DNA of 39,293 nt from an uncultured Gammaproteobacteria bacterium (GCA_964463925.1 CAYXDV010000004.1:79080-118372), one strand, 5' to 3'; positions 28,078-37,413 are shown, counted from the stretch's first letter. Notes: generated by a model from the sequence alone, not told the origin. A program made the numbers and translations.

Positions 28078-29704
28078 CTTCCAACATTTTTACTCTTTTC
28101 CACAAAGATGCAAAATCCCCACTTTTGTATAAGTTATCAATCTCTCTACCCCAATTGCTTGCCAATTCAATTTCTTGTTTTTCATACATATCTAATTTGT
28201 GGTGCAACAACCAGGTATATATCTTTTTAACATGTGCTTTTCCAACAACTAAATATGCTTTGGCAGCCGATTGACTAATCGGTAAAACATCTGGAGTTAA
28301 ATGATATAGATCTTCCAAAATTGACCAGGATACTGCTTTCTCTTTCGATTTATTACTAAATTCATAAGTCCATCTTAAAGTTTGCAACCAATTTTTCTTT
28401 TCGGCAGCTTTGTAGGCTTGATCGAGATTGTTATCCCCTAAATATGTTTTATGAAGATTTTTTAACTTTAGTTTAATGATTTCCCATAGTTGATTATTAC
28501 TTTCCTGATCCAAAACTAAACTATTTCCAATAACCCGATAACTCAAATTTATAACTTGCCCCTTTGATATTGTTCCCTCATATTTTTCCCACACATTTGG
28601 CGAATCATGATAGCTTGCAAAGACATGAAAAGCACCATTTCCAGTTCCGACTACCTTAAGTTTACATTTATCATCATTTTTCAAAATAGGGAAACTAACA
28701 AAGCCAAATTTGTCCGATGTCTTTGTCAAATATCCAGTACAGTCAACTTCCAAATACGCGGGTGAACCAATAAAAAATACTGCTCCATTTTCTGTAGGAT
28801 CTTCATTTTGTTTCAAAATAGCAAGTGGTCTCAATTGCAATTCATTCATAATGTTATTGACAGACAAATCTACCATTTTTCGATGTGTAGCTTGAAGTTG
28901 GATAAAACTATCACCACTTATTTTTGCACTTGTAGTTAGAATTGTTCCATCACCGTCAGCATATTCATATCCATCAAAGCTTCCATCTCCCCACTTGTTC
29001 AAAACCTTATCAACCAAATCTTGTTCTGATAGTAAAACCCTTGATTTTGTCTCAGCTCCAGAAGCAACCCTTGCAGACAAAAATGGAAATATATTGCTAA
29101 CTTCTAAATTTCTGCCAATTATGTAATCATTCTTGTAAGTCAAAGATGCAAGCGGAAGCTGTTGGCCATTTTTCTTCACAAAATCAAACGTTGGCGATAT
29201 ATCCTTTAAAACTGGCATAACCGTTCTGACTGTTTCTATGTCGCTACTATACTTAATTCTCCAGGTTTGAAACAGCAAATTTGTCATCAAACTTTGTAAA
29301 CTAAATTTATCGTAGTCAATTACTTTACCACCTGCCCACGCTTCATAAGCACTGACAACTCCAGAATGTGGACTGCCAAGGGTGATTAATTTGAGCAGTC
29401 GTGGATCCATATGGTATTGAACCCAATCTCTAGCAACCAAACCTCCAAGAGAATGGCCAATCAAAACAAATTTATCCTCAGGTCCCGTTTTCTGTACAAT
29501 AAAATTATTCAAATTATTCTGAATCTCTAAAATGTTCTTGCGCCAATCATAATTCCAAACAAATAAGTCAACCCCTTCTCTGTAACCATTATTAACAAAA
29601 GCCTCAACTAAGTTATCATAATCATGAACAAAAGGTGTCATTTCCCAATCTTTAGGCAAAACGTTTAGATTATATATCATAGCCTCGCTATTCCAACTTC
29701 CACC
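28037..29704 (-). pseudogene. Alpha/beta-hydrolase (lipase/PGAP1-like), 3' part, interrupted by the integrated element
   Basis: GHSLGG nucleophile elbow, ITLGSPHSG, DGDGTI, late His. The frame continues upstream of Met 29680 as G-G-S-W-N-S-E-A-M up to the junction. The missing N-terminal part is at 39239-39293. Confidence 0.85.
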
Positions 29705-29726
29705 AAAACCTTGGAACTAGTTACAA
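29689..29726. mobile_element. Left attachment junction of the serine-recombinase element
   Basis: Host half (TA)TTCCAACTTCCA, core CC at 29703-29704, element half AAAACC + TTGGAACTAGTTACAA (29711-29726). Confidence 0.85.
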
Positions 29727-30974
29727 CAAAATTGTGAAGTATACTATTACCCTAAAATCAGGTAATAATAAATTTTTAATCAATAAAAAAACTAGTTGTT
29801 TTAATTTGCAAGACAAACAAAAATTTTCAATTTACAATGAGATTGCAAAAAAAACCTACCAAACATTATGAAGAGATAAACCCGTAAGTTAGATAAAATC
29901 TAATATTAAAACCAAATTCAAAATATATTGCAAAATAAATTAATTTTAGGCAACAATTTATCCTATAACACTTGCCAAACAGCATTTAAGTCTGTTAAAC
30001 TAAAAATAGATAAGGATATTATTCCAAAGATTGAGATTTAGATCGGGCAAAGATATTTACCCAACTACGAGGAGTTTATGAGTAGTATAAAGCCGTGCAA
30101 AACGGCATAGCTGAAAGGATTATCAAATTTAATCTCAATCGACTAGGAATAAGTTAAACTGGGCTGTGCTTTCCATTAAGCCATCAAATAGTGGACTATA
30201 TCTCAAGGAAAGACCCGATGAAATTTAAGGAATATCTGAAGTAGAAGCAATATTCTGTCATCCAAAGAGGCTAAAAAAGCTTAGAGAATGACCCTTAGTG
30301 TTGTAGGAAGGGACTCTCTCCGCCACTGGCGTGATGTAACAACACCGTTAAGAAACCCAATGGGGGCAGGGGGGCCGTATCTAATCTTAGGAAAGTTGTA
30401 ATTGGTTGGATGTTGAGCGAATGAAATGAGCGAGACGGCATAAGAGTAGTTTGAGATTGGTAGAGATTAGCGCCCATTTCCTGGCTAGGAAAGAGGGTTG
30501 GGGTGACAGATCGAATAAATCCCCTCAGGGATTTAATTACTATATCTATTATTTCTTGCTTTCTTTTGTTTCTTTTCTTTACCGCATTTTTACCAGGCTC
30601 TGTCATTTGAGAACTCTGTCGAAGTCAGCTACAGTGAGGATTATTGATATCCGTAGGTCGGACAATGTGACTCCCCATAAAAGTTAATGTCGCCATTAAA
30701 ATTGAAAAAATTTTAAGGGGGTCAAAAAATCTTTCAAAAGATTAAAAATTAATTAAAAAATGGTTAAAAATATTCACAAAATATCAGATTTATTAATAAT
30801 AATTGCCTTGTTTCTCATGATATTCAGACTTTTAAGCTGCTAATTTGTGCAACCTTGAAACTGAATATTTGTTGGAAAGTTAGATTTTAACTGCGCCGTT
30901 AAAATTAGGTGGTGAGTGTATCTTTGCTCGGAAAATAGTTATTGGTAGACGCGTTTCTGAAATTAGAGGGGGTA

Positions 30975-31949
30975 TTAATAGTTTTTGTATTCCTTTTCAA
31001 TTTCAACTCGAATCTCTTCAATCATTTTCTTGTCAGAATCACTGGTAATAAAGTTTGAAGGTATAGTTTCAGAACTGGTATTAATGATGAATTTGGCATA
31101 GCCTTCATCATTTTTGCCTATTTCTTGATAATCCCAAAAATCTTCAATGGCCAAGGAAATTATTTCTTCAAGTGTGGTGTCTTTATCTTTTAGGATTTTT
31201 CTGCGATAAGTATCTCGTTCTGAGATGTTTTTCAGATAATAAGATGAAGATGATAATCCATCTCTCTGATATTTTCCTTCCTTCCAAGTAAGGATGATGG
31301 TATGGCCTGGAGCATTGGCATGACAAAACCATCCTCTTCCACTTTCCCATGAGTCATCTGTCACCATAATGTTATCTGTTCCTCCATTGGTTGATTCGGA
31401 TACCCAGACATTGGCATATTTATACCCTTCCACTTTTGGCAGATCGGGAAACATATCTTTCACTTCGCCGTTAACAATTTGAAAAACTGATTGTCCATGA
31501 CAGTTCCAGCAGTTGCCGTAATTGGCATGTTGGATAATTAATTCAGGGATTCCATCCTTATTGATGTCTTTAATTTTTACACTGTCAAACATTTCATCTT
31601 CCATGGAAAAGATTATTTTCTCCTGATCTTTGTCGTCGACTTTTGTTAAGAGAAAAACTCTTGGCAAATTATCATCATCACTGGGACACTCAAAAGTCAT
31701 CCAGTTATATTTTTCATTTTTCCAAACTAATCGTCCTCCGTCATCTTGTTTGACAGAAATTCGTCGATCATTTTGTTGGCAAAGCTTAATTGTCTCAGCA
31801 GTGCAGTCAAACGCTGATTGTGAAGGCTCTGGTGAAGCCGCAGGAATATTATTATCGGTCTGTTGTCTGTTAAGTTTGAAGAAAATCAGGAATACAGAAA
31901 CAACCAAGATTGAAAGAATTATAAGATTGTTTTTGTTTAGCTTTTTCAT
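30975..31949 (-). CDS. Membrane-anchored extracellular protein with a Dx[DN]xDG Ca-binding-like motif
   Basis: N-terminal TM helix, low-complexity linker, DINKDGIPELII, several Cys including CWNCH. Confidence 0.75.
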   Translation of the reverse strand: MKKLNKNNLIILSILVVSVFLIFFKLNRQQTDNNIPAASPEPSQSAFDCTAETIKLCQQNDRRISVKQDDGGRLVWKNEKYNWMTFECPSDDDNLPRVFLLTKVDDKDQEKIIFSMEDEMFDSVKIKDINKDGIPELIIQHANYGNCWNCHGQSVFQIVNGEVKDMFPDLPKVEGYKYANVWVSESTNGGTDNIMVTDDSWESGRGWFCHANAPGHTIILTWKEGKYQRDGLSSSSYYLKNISERDTYRRKILKDKDTTLEEIISLAIEDFWDYQEIGKNDEGYAKFIINTSSETIPSNFITSDSDKKMIEEIRVEIEKEYKNY

Positions 31950-32251
31950 TGGAATTTTGGACTGCCCAAAATATTTGATGTTGGTCTATTTTTATTATCC
32001 CCCTCAAAATAGTTTTTGCCAAAGTAGATAACAAACATGTAGAGAATGTAAAATCCGATTGATCTGGCAATGTAGGAAGAAGGGTTTGGAATTTTAATGT
32101 CACATGTTTGGGTGCAGGGATCAGAATAGCAAAATTTATCGGACTGGCAAGTTCTGAAACTGACAAGACTAGACACTAAAGAAATAATGATGATAAAAAT
32201 GAAAGCTCCTGATTGCTTGTTCATTTTTTGATGATTCCTATCTTCTCCCAA
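31946..32251 (-). CDS. Small hypothetical membrane protein (2 TM, Cys-rich loop)
   Basis: Two hydrophobic helices flank CQSDKFCYSDPCTQTC. ATGA overlap with the downstream gene. True start may be the second Met. Confidence 0.55.
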   Translation of the reverse strand: MGEDRNHQKMNKQSGAFIFIIIISLVSSLVSFRTCQSDKFCYSDPCTQTCDIKIPNPSSYIARSIGFYILYMFVIYFGKNYFEGDNKNRPTSNILGSPKFQ

Positions 32252-32673
32252 ATGTTTTTGTAACTGACTGGTTTTCCATATTTATTGCCTTCATCAACAC
32301 TTATTGAAAAGGCAAGGTAAAGAAAATAAATGAAACTCATTAATCCGCCAATACCTTTATCGATTGATGACAAGACAAACAAAACAAAAGCGATAATAAT
32401 TGGGACTGCCCAAGACTGATTAAGGTCGTGGTGTCTTCGAATTAAAATTGAAATTGATAAAAATCCTGAGACAACAAACGGAGCAACAATAAAAAACAAA
32501 GAAAGTATCCCTGAAGTGGAAAGCATAAGACCAAAAATAGTATCAATCAACGATACAATCGCCCATAAAACAAAAATCGGTATCCAAATAATAATCGGAG
32601 TGAGAATAATGGCAATAACAAAGTCTTTTCTTGAAAGCCTATCTTTGAAGTTTATTTTCATAGTTTTGACCAT
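32221..32673 (-). CDS. DUF805-family membrane protein
   Basis: FKDRLSRKDF N-terminus, ISILIRRHHDLNQS, C-terminal GNKYG. Confidence 0.75.
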   Translation of the reverse strand: MVKTMKINFKDRLSRKDFVIAIILTPIIIWIPIFVLWAIVSLIDTIFGLMLSTSGILSLFFIVAPFVVSGFLSISILIRRHHDLNQSWAVPIIIAFVLFVLSSIDKGIGGLMSFIYFLYLAFSISVDEGNKYGKPVSYKNIWEKIGIIKK

Positions 32674-32724
32674 CTTGAGTTTGGTTTTAATTTGCCTCTC
32701 ATGTGGTTATTTTTAACTAAATTA

Positions 32725-32743
32725 TACACTATCGTGTAGTGTA
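32725..32743. promoter_or_regulatory. Palindromic operator between divergent DUF805 and XRE genes
   Basis: TACACTA-TCGTG-TAGTGTA, a perfect 7-bp inverted repeat, overlapping a minus-strand TATAAT (32726-32721). Confidence 0.6.
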
Positions 32744-32774
32744 GGAAGCCAAATAAAATCATAAGATTGGGTTA

Positions 32775-32987
32775 ATGTTATCGAAAGAAAGCTTATCTAA
32801 AAAATTTGGGAACAGATTGAGAGAGGAAATGGGATCCATGAGTCAAGAAGCTTTGGCGGTGAAGTCGGGTTTACATGTCAACTATATCGGCAGACTTGAG
32901 CGCGGCGAAGCTTGTCCTTCGATTTATGCCGTCTACAAAATTGCCTTGGCTTTGAAAATTAAACCGAGTGAATTATTGGAATTATAA
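32775..32987 (+). CDS. XRE-family HTH regulator (R-M controller C-protein-like)
   Basis: [28 protein letters not shown]...KIALAL pattern, 70 aa. Confidence 0.88.
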   Translation: MLSKESLSKKFGNRLREEMGSMSQEALAVKSGLHVNYIGRLERGEACPSIYAVYKIALALKIKPSELLEL

Positions 32988-32997
32988 TTTTTGTTCC

Positions 32998-34608
32998 TTA
33001 CAGATACGCCAGATTCCAACATTTGTTTAATGCCTCAAAAATCTTTTGCATTTCTTTTTCAAATTCATCTTTAGATATTGATTGTGCAACTTCACGGGCA
33101 TAAATTATTTTTCCATTCTGAATTTTATCCAGCTCTTTGACTTCGTCTGCTGTTTTCTTCCATCCTTTTGGGTAATATTCCTCAATTGAGTCAGTTGGTA
33201 ATTCAAAAAATTGCCCTTGAGAAGTAAGATGACTATAATCGGTCAAAAATTTTTGTTTATCTTTCTCCTTTTCTGGAGATGGCCTATCAATCAGTATTAT
33301 TAATCTATCCTTATATATTGGCGACATCTTTCCTATTGGACAATAAACTTTATTTATCGCATCCATTGATTTGCTTTGTTTTTTAATATCTCCCTCTGCA
33401 AAAATAACCTGAATTTGCGGTTTATCAGAATAAAACCTTTTTATGATATTCACAATAAATTGTTCATCACTTTTACCTTCAACTATCAAAAAATTTCTTG
33501 GCAACAGCAAATCTGAAGGACTTCCTCCTAACAGATCATATATAACCGACATTTTATCTATTCCAGAAACATCATCAATATTTGTTATTCCACCAATCTT
33601 TTCTACTTTGAATATTTTTTGGCAATCATTGTCGTCCGTTACCAAGACTGAAGAATGAGTGTTGACAAAGACCTGATCTGTTTCACAAATATCCAAAAGC
33701 GCTTTTTTAAGTGCTCTTTGGGCTGATGGATGCAGATGCAGTTCTGCTTCGTCAATTAAGAATAAAAATGAACCTCCGCCACTCTGCTCTTTTCGGTAAT
33801 CAGCAAAAGCCTGAATAATCGACAACATTATTGCCCTTTGCATTCCATCGCCTTTTTCTTCAGCTTTTGTTTCTATTCCATCGTTAACTGTAGTGTCAAA
33901 ACTCTTAAGCAAATCGCCGAACTCTGGTGGGTTAACCCCAAACTTAACACTAGTTCCATCTGGAAACTGTTTTTGGAGATAGATTTCTACTTTTGATCCA
34001 AGTTTATTCAGCTCCTTTCTTACCTCAGAATTTTCATCATCAAATAGTTTTGAAAATTTATCTCTGAAATCTGAATATTCTGATGAGTTTTCAATAATTG
34101 TAGTCAAAACTCCTGATAGCATTATCCCAATTGGATTTCTGTCTTTATATTTTGAAACATCGTCCAGTCTTATTTTAGTATTGATATATTCAAGCTTAGG
34201 TAAAAATTCATTAATTGCAGTGTCTAGTCCTGATGGATTTCCTTTATCCACCTCACCAACAAAATATTTTCTCTTGTGATCGTTAGCACTACTCTTGATG
34301 ACTGAAAACGAAGTTGACTCTCCTAGTAAAGTTTTTATTTTTGTTTTATTGGCATCAGTCGTTAATTTCTCGATGTCTGATTCTAAAACCTCATCGAAAA
34401 ACAATTCAACTTCAATTATGTTTGAAGCTATTTTGTTAAAATGCTCATCGGCAGATGATGATTTGGCGTTATAAAACCATTCAATTGCTTCAAAAAAATT
34501 TGTTTTACCATGGTTATTTTGCCCAACAAAAACATTAAATCTGGCGGTTTCTATTGTCTTGTTTTGAATTGATCGATAATTTTGAACCCTTACTTTTGAT
34601 ATTTTCAT
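32998..34608 (-). CDS. OLD-family ATP-dependent endonuclease (ABC ATPase + TOPRIM)
   Basis: MKISKVRVQNYRSI, Walker A GQNNHGKT, ABC signature KGDGMQR, Walker B LIDEAELHLHP, H-loop NTHS, TOPRIM LIVEGKSDE and ILID. Start placed at ATG 34608. Confidence 0.88.
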   Translation of the reverse strand: MKISKVRVQNYRSIQNKTIETARFNVFVGQNNHGKTNFFEAIEWFYNAKSSSADEHFNKIASNIIEVELFFDEVLESDIEKLTTDANKTKIKTLLGESTSFSVIKSSANDHKRKYFVGEVDKGNPSGLDTAINEFLPKLEYINTKIRLDDVSKYKDRNPIGIMLSGVLTTIIENSSEYSDFRDKFSKLFDDENSEVRKELNKLGSKVEIYLQKQFPDGTSVKFGVNPPEFGDLLKSFDTTVNDGIETKAEEKGDGMQRAIMLSIIQAFADYRKEQSGGGSFLFLIDEAELHLHPSAQRALKKALLDICETDQVFVNTHSSVLVTDDNDCQKIFKVEKIGGITNIDDVSGIDKMSVIYDLLGGSPSDLLLPRNFLIVEGKSDEQFIVNIIKRFYSDKPQIQVIFAEGDIKKQSKSMDAINKVYCPIGKMSPIYKDRLIILIDRPSPEKEKDKQKFLTDYSHLTSQGQFFELPTDSIEEYYPKGWKKTADEVKELDKIQNGKIIYAREVAQSISKDEFEKEMQKIFEALNKCWNLAYL

Positions 34609-34672
34609 TGTTAAAAATAAGAAAATATATCTCAATTATATCCGTAAAATCAACTGAAATAAGGCATCAAAA

Positions 34673-35818
34673 TTATTCCGTTTCTTCTGTTTCTTCCGCA
34701 AATGAGTCAAATGATCCAATTCTTGCAAAATCTACACTGTATTTTCCTTCACTGTGCTTGTAAATAACAACACTATCTATGCCTAAGTTTTCAAGCTTTT
34801 CATAAGTTAGCAACTCACCATCTTTAAGGCTCATCACATTTCTCAATATCCATTCACCAAGTCGAGAGTTTGGGTCTGACATTAAAGCTTTTCGGTTATC
34901 CTGACAAAGTTTTGCGCTCATTGTTGATCCGTCAGGCAGTTCCAAATCAAATTTGGTTTCTCTGCCTGGAAAGAAATCGGGGTATGATTTATGAACCCAT
35001 GAGGGAATTTTAAGATAGACTTCGCTCATATTCCTTGGCCTCCCTCCGGCATTCCACTGATTTAATCCGCTTTTTTCAGGAACGAATCTTTCACCTGTTT
35101 TTTTATCAATAGAGAACAGTGGTAAAAAGACATGAGGAGCCTCTCTAATTGGGGCAAAGACTATATCTCTTACGGACTCGTTAAACATTTTGTCTAGCGC
35201 TTCAAAAGGATCCGTTATTATTTTCACAGGAAAGTCCATTAAAAAACCGTCTGCAACAAACTGCTCAAAAAGGGTACTTTTAGATATGTTGAATCCGTAA
35301 TTATTGATGCCATCATCAAATCTGATGGTATTTCTTGCGCATATCACATTTTTGATTTGTTCAATCCTGACCAAATCCATTTTTGTTTCAAACACATGAA
35401 TTTTGCCTTTTGATCTTGTGACACAGTGATAAATCATATCTTCAAGTCCATAGGCACGGCGAGCAAACTCAATTCTCTGATTTCTGAGTTCGGCTACTTT
35501 TATAATCTTTTGATCTGAATCAAGGCCCTTAAAAGCATCAAGTTCCCGATTAAATTCGGCGACCTTCTCAAAACTTTTTCCATTTTTATGAAGAAATGTT
35601 TTTATTCCGACACCGACTTTGTCTTTTGAGGCATCAATGGATGTATCATGGCGGGATAAATTTTCTGCCTTAAATGATTTACAGAACAGATTTTCAACAA
35701 GCCTATACCCTAAATATGGCTCTGGGCTATCAGAAAACAGGTTCGACAAAGACCCAGCGGCTTTGAGCATGCGCTCATAATATTCTTTCTTTTTTTCTTC
35801 CTGTTTATTAATAAACAT
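34673..35818 (-). CDS. Type II restriction endonuclease, NgoFVII-family-like
   Basis: Immediately downstream of a C5 methyltransferase (2-nt gap). SIDASKDKVGVGIKTF is a PD-(D/E)xK-like motif. The family assignment comes from my recollection of the SLSNLFSDS..PYL.YR..EN.FC pattern. Confidence 0.7.
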   Translation of the reverse strand: MFINKQEEKKKEYYERMLKAAGSLSNLFSDSPEPYLGYRLVENLFCKSFKAENLSRHDTSIDASKDKVGVGIKTFLHKNGKSFEKVAEFNRELDAFKGLDSDQKIIKVAELRNQRIEFARRAYGLEDMIYHCVTRSKGKIHVFETKMDLVRIEQIKNVICARNTIRFDDGINNYGFNISKSTLFEQFVADGFLMDFPVKIITDPFEALDKMFNESVRDIVFAPIREAPHVFLPLFSIDKKTGERFVPEKSGLNQWNAGGRPRNMSEVYLKIPSWVHKSYPDFFPGRETKFDLELPDGSTMSAKLCQDNRKALMSDPNSRLGEWILRNVMSLKDGELLTYEKLENLGIDSVVIYKHSEGKYSVDFARIGSFDSFAEETEETE

Positions 35819-35820
35819 AG

Positions 35821-36801
35821 TTAATCCATCGCCTTTTTAATATTTTCGGCAATTCTCTTGATTACCGGAACAACTACCGAGTTTCCCATTTGAGTATAAA
35901 GCTTTGATAAAGCTATGCCACTTGGCAGTTTAATGTCATCAAACCCCATAATTCTGGCACATTCAAGAGGTGTGAGTTTTCTTATTCCATGATTATCTTT
36001 TATAATCGGCACATTATGCCCCCCTTGACCCATATTTGCCGTTAAAGTAGGACAAACGCCTTTTTTATTCTCGCGCAAATAAACTCTTCTCCATTGATAT
36101 ACAGATCCTTTTTCAATATCCTGGCTTTTCAGCTTTTCAAAAAGCGGTTTGTTGTTGTAATAAAATTTTTCATCAACTTTGTTTTCAAGAAGGTCAGTGA
36201 CATTTTTTGTCAAATTTATCGGCTTTGGAAATTCAAACCTATCTGCAATTTTTTTGTCCTTAAAACCCACAATATAAATTCTCTCCCTATTTTGGGGAAT
36301 ATTGCCATATTCCATGCTGTTAAGGACTTTGTACTTGATATGATAGCCAAGGTTTTCAAGAGTCTTTTTGATTACATTAAAGGTTTTGCCGTCATCATGA
36401 TTTTCCAGATTTTTTACATTTTCAAGCAAAAATCCTTTTGGACTAGTTTCTCTTAATATTCTTTCTATCTCAAAAAAAAGGTTTCCTCTTCCTTTGGGAT
36501 CATTGAATCCATGTCTGTACCCTGCAATCGAAAAAGCCTGGCAGGGAAATCCTGAAAGTAAAAAATCATATTCGGGAATTTCACTGGATTTTACTTCCCT
36601 GATATCTTTGACTGTAAGCTTCACACCTTTAGAATTCAGATCGTATGTATACTTGCATGCAGGCTCAAAATCGTTGGCAAAAACAGCCTCAAAAGCTCCA
36701 GTTGATTCAAATCCTTTTCTTATTCCGCCAATTCCGGCGAAAAGATCAATTGTTCTTATTTTCTTTTTTTGCATATTTCTCTTTGTAGGCTTGAAACGCA
36801 T
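35821..36801 (-). CDS. dcm: DNA (cytosine-5)-methyltransferase
   Basis: Motif I DLFAGIGG, IV GFPCQ, VI ENVKNL, VIII PQNRERIYIVG, IX RKLTPLEC, X GNSV. True start may be ATG 36774. Confidence 0.95.
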   Translation of the reverse strand: MRFKPTKRNMQKKKIRTIDLFAGIGGIRKGFESTGAFEAVFANDFEPACKYTYDLNSKGVKLTVKDIREVKSSEIPEYDFLLSGFPCQAFSIAGYRHGFNDPKGRGNLFFEIERILRETSPKGFLLENVKNLENHDDGKTFNVIKKTLENLGYHIKYKVLNSMEYGNIPQNRERIYIVGFKDKKIADRFEFPKPINLTKNVTDLLENKVDEKFYYNNKPLFEKLKSQDIEKGSVYQWRRVYLRENKKGVCPTLTANMGQGGHNVPIIKDNHGIRKLTPLECARIMGFDDIKLPSGIALSKLYTQMGNSVVVPVIKRIAENIKKAMD

Positions 36802-37169
36802 GTCTCAAGATTGTTTCTGATGTCATGTTCCCAGAAACGAAGAACCTTAATATTATTATTACACAGCTTTTGGTTTATTTCGGCATCTCTTTTAACATTT
36901 CCCTTTATCTTTTTATTCCAATAATCATTTCCGGATTTTGGCTTTTTGAAACATTTTGGGCATTTATGCCAAAAACATCCATCAATAAATACAGCTATTC
37001 TGGCTTTAGGGAAGAAAACATCAGGTTTTCCAATAATTTTAGAAGTTAAACGGTATCCTCTTATGCAATTTTTCCAAATAGCTTTTCTAAAAGCGATTTC
37101 CGGCTTGGTATTTTTGGATTTTATCTGGGACATGCAATGGCTTCTCTGGCCCTTAGTCATATTGTCCAT
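36756..37169 (-). CDS. vsr: Very-short-patch repair endonuclease
   Basis: RSHCMSQIKSKNTKPE, GKPD, AVFIDGCFWH.C..C, YWNKKI..NVKRD, LRFWEH. Confidence 0.93.
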   Translation of the reverse strand: MDNMTKGQRSHCMSQIKSKNTKPEIAFRKAIWKNCIRGYRLTSKIIGKPDVFFPKARIAVFIDGCFWHKCPKCFKKPKSGNDYWNKKIKGNVKRDAEINQKLCNNNIKVLRFWEHDIRNNLETCVSSLQREICKKRK

Positions 37170-37175
37170 AATTAA

Positions 37176-37388
37176 TTATGGCTCATTTTTTTTGTTTTGG
37201 AAGGTATCATTTCGTGTTTTATTCGGTTGCAATAAATTATTTTTGCTTTCGCTCGGTCTGGTTATTAAATCAAAAAGCTTCAAAAAACTCTCTGCCTCGA
37301 TTCTAGCTTTTTCAAAACTAATTTCTCCACATTTTTCCCTGTAGATTTCTTGAAACTCTTTAACTGCTTCATCTGGTAGAAATGACAT
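37176..37388 (-). CDS. Small helical hypothetical protein
   Basis: 70 aa amphipathic (DEAVKEFQEIYREKCGEISFEKARIEAESFLKLFDLI). TATAAT lies 5 nt upstream of the ATG. Confidence 0.6.
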   Translation of the reverse strand: MSFLPDEAVKEFQEIYREKCGEISFEKARIEAESFLKLFDLITRPSESKNNLLQPNKTRNDTFQNKKNEP

Positions 37389-37404
37389 ACCTTATTATAA
37401 GGTA
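37388..37404. promoter_or_regulatory. Palindrome/divergent promoter between two small ORFs
   Basis: TACCTTAT-T-ATAAGGTA fills most of the 25-nt gap between the divergent start codons. Confidence 0.55.
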
Positions 37405-37413
37405 GGATTAATT

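Noticed and set aside
28020-28274. 84-aa plus-strand ORF
   Set aside because: It begins inside the tRNA and is antisense to the hydrolase; a shadow ORF.
30035-30298. TAG/TAA read-through or recoding (stops sit where Gln would fit)
   Set aside because: Stop spacing of about 10-30 codons is what AT-rich random sequence gives, and neighbouring genes use TAA/TAG as normal stops.
30295-30687. ORFs 30295-30606 (-) and 30451-30687 (+) as genes
   Set aside because: They overlap each other, have no motifs, and run through hairpins, G-runs and a low-complexity pyrimidine tract that explain the open frames.
32998-34608. Gabija, retron or two-gene PARIS assignment for the ATPase-TOPRIM gene
   Set aside because: No UvrD-like helicase, reverse transcriptase or separate AriA/AriB partner is in the element. 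A fused PARIS-like identity cannot be excluded without HMMs.
36472-36479. Phase variation at the A8/T8 tract in dcm (also A8 at 29847-29854)
   Set aside because: Runs of 7-8 are common throughout this AT-rich window and the frames are intact.
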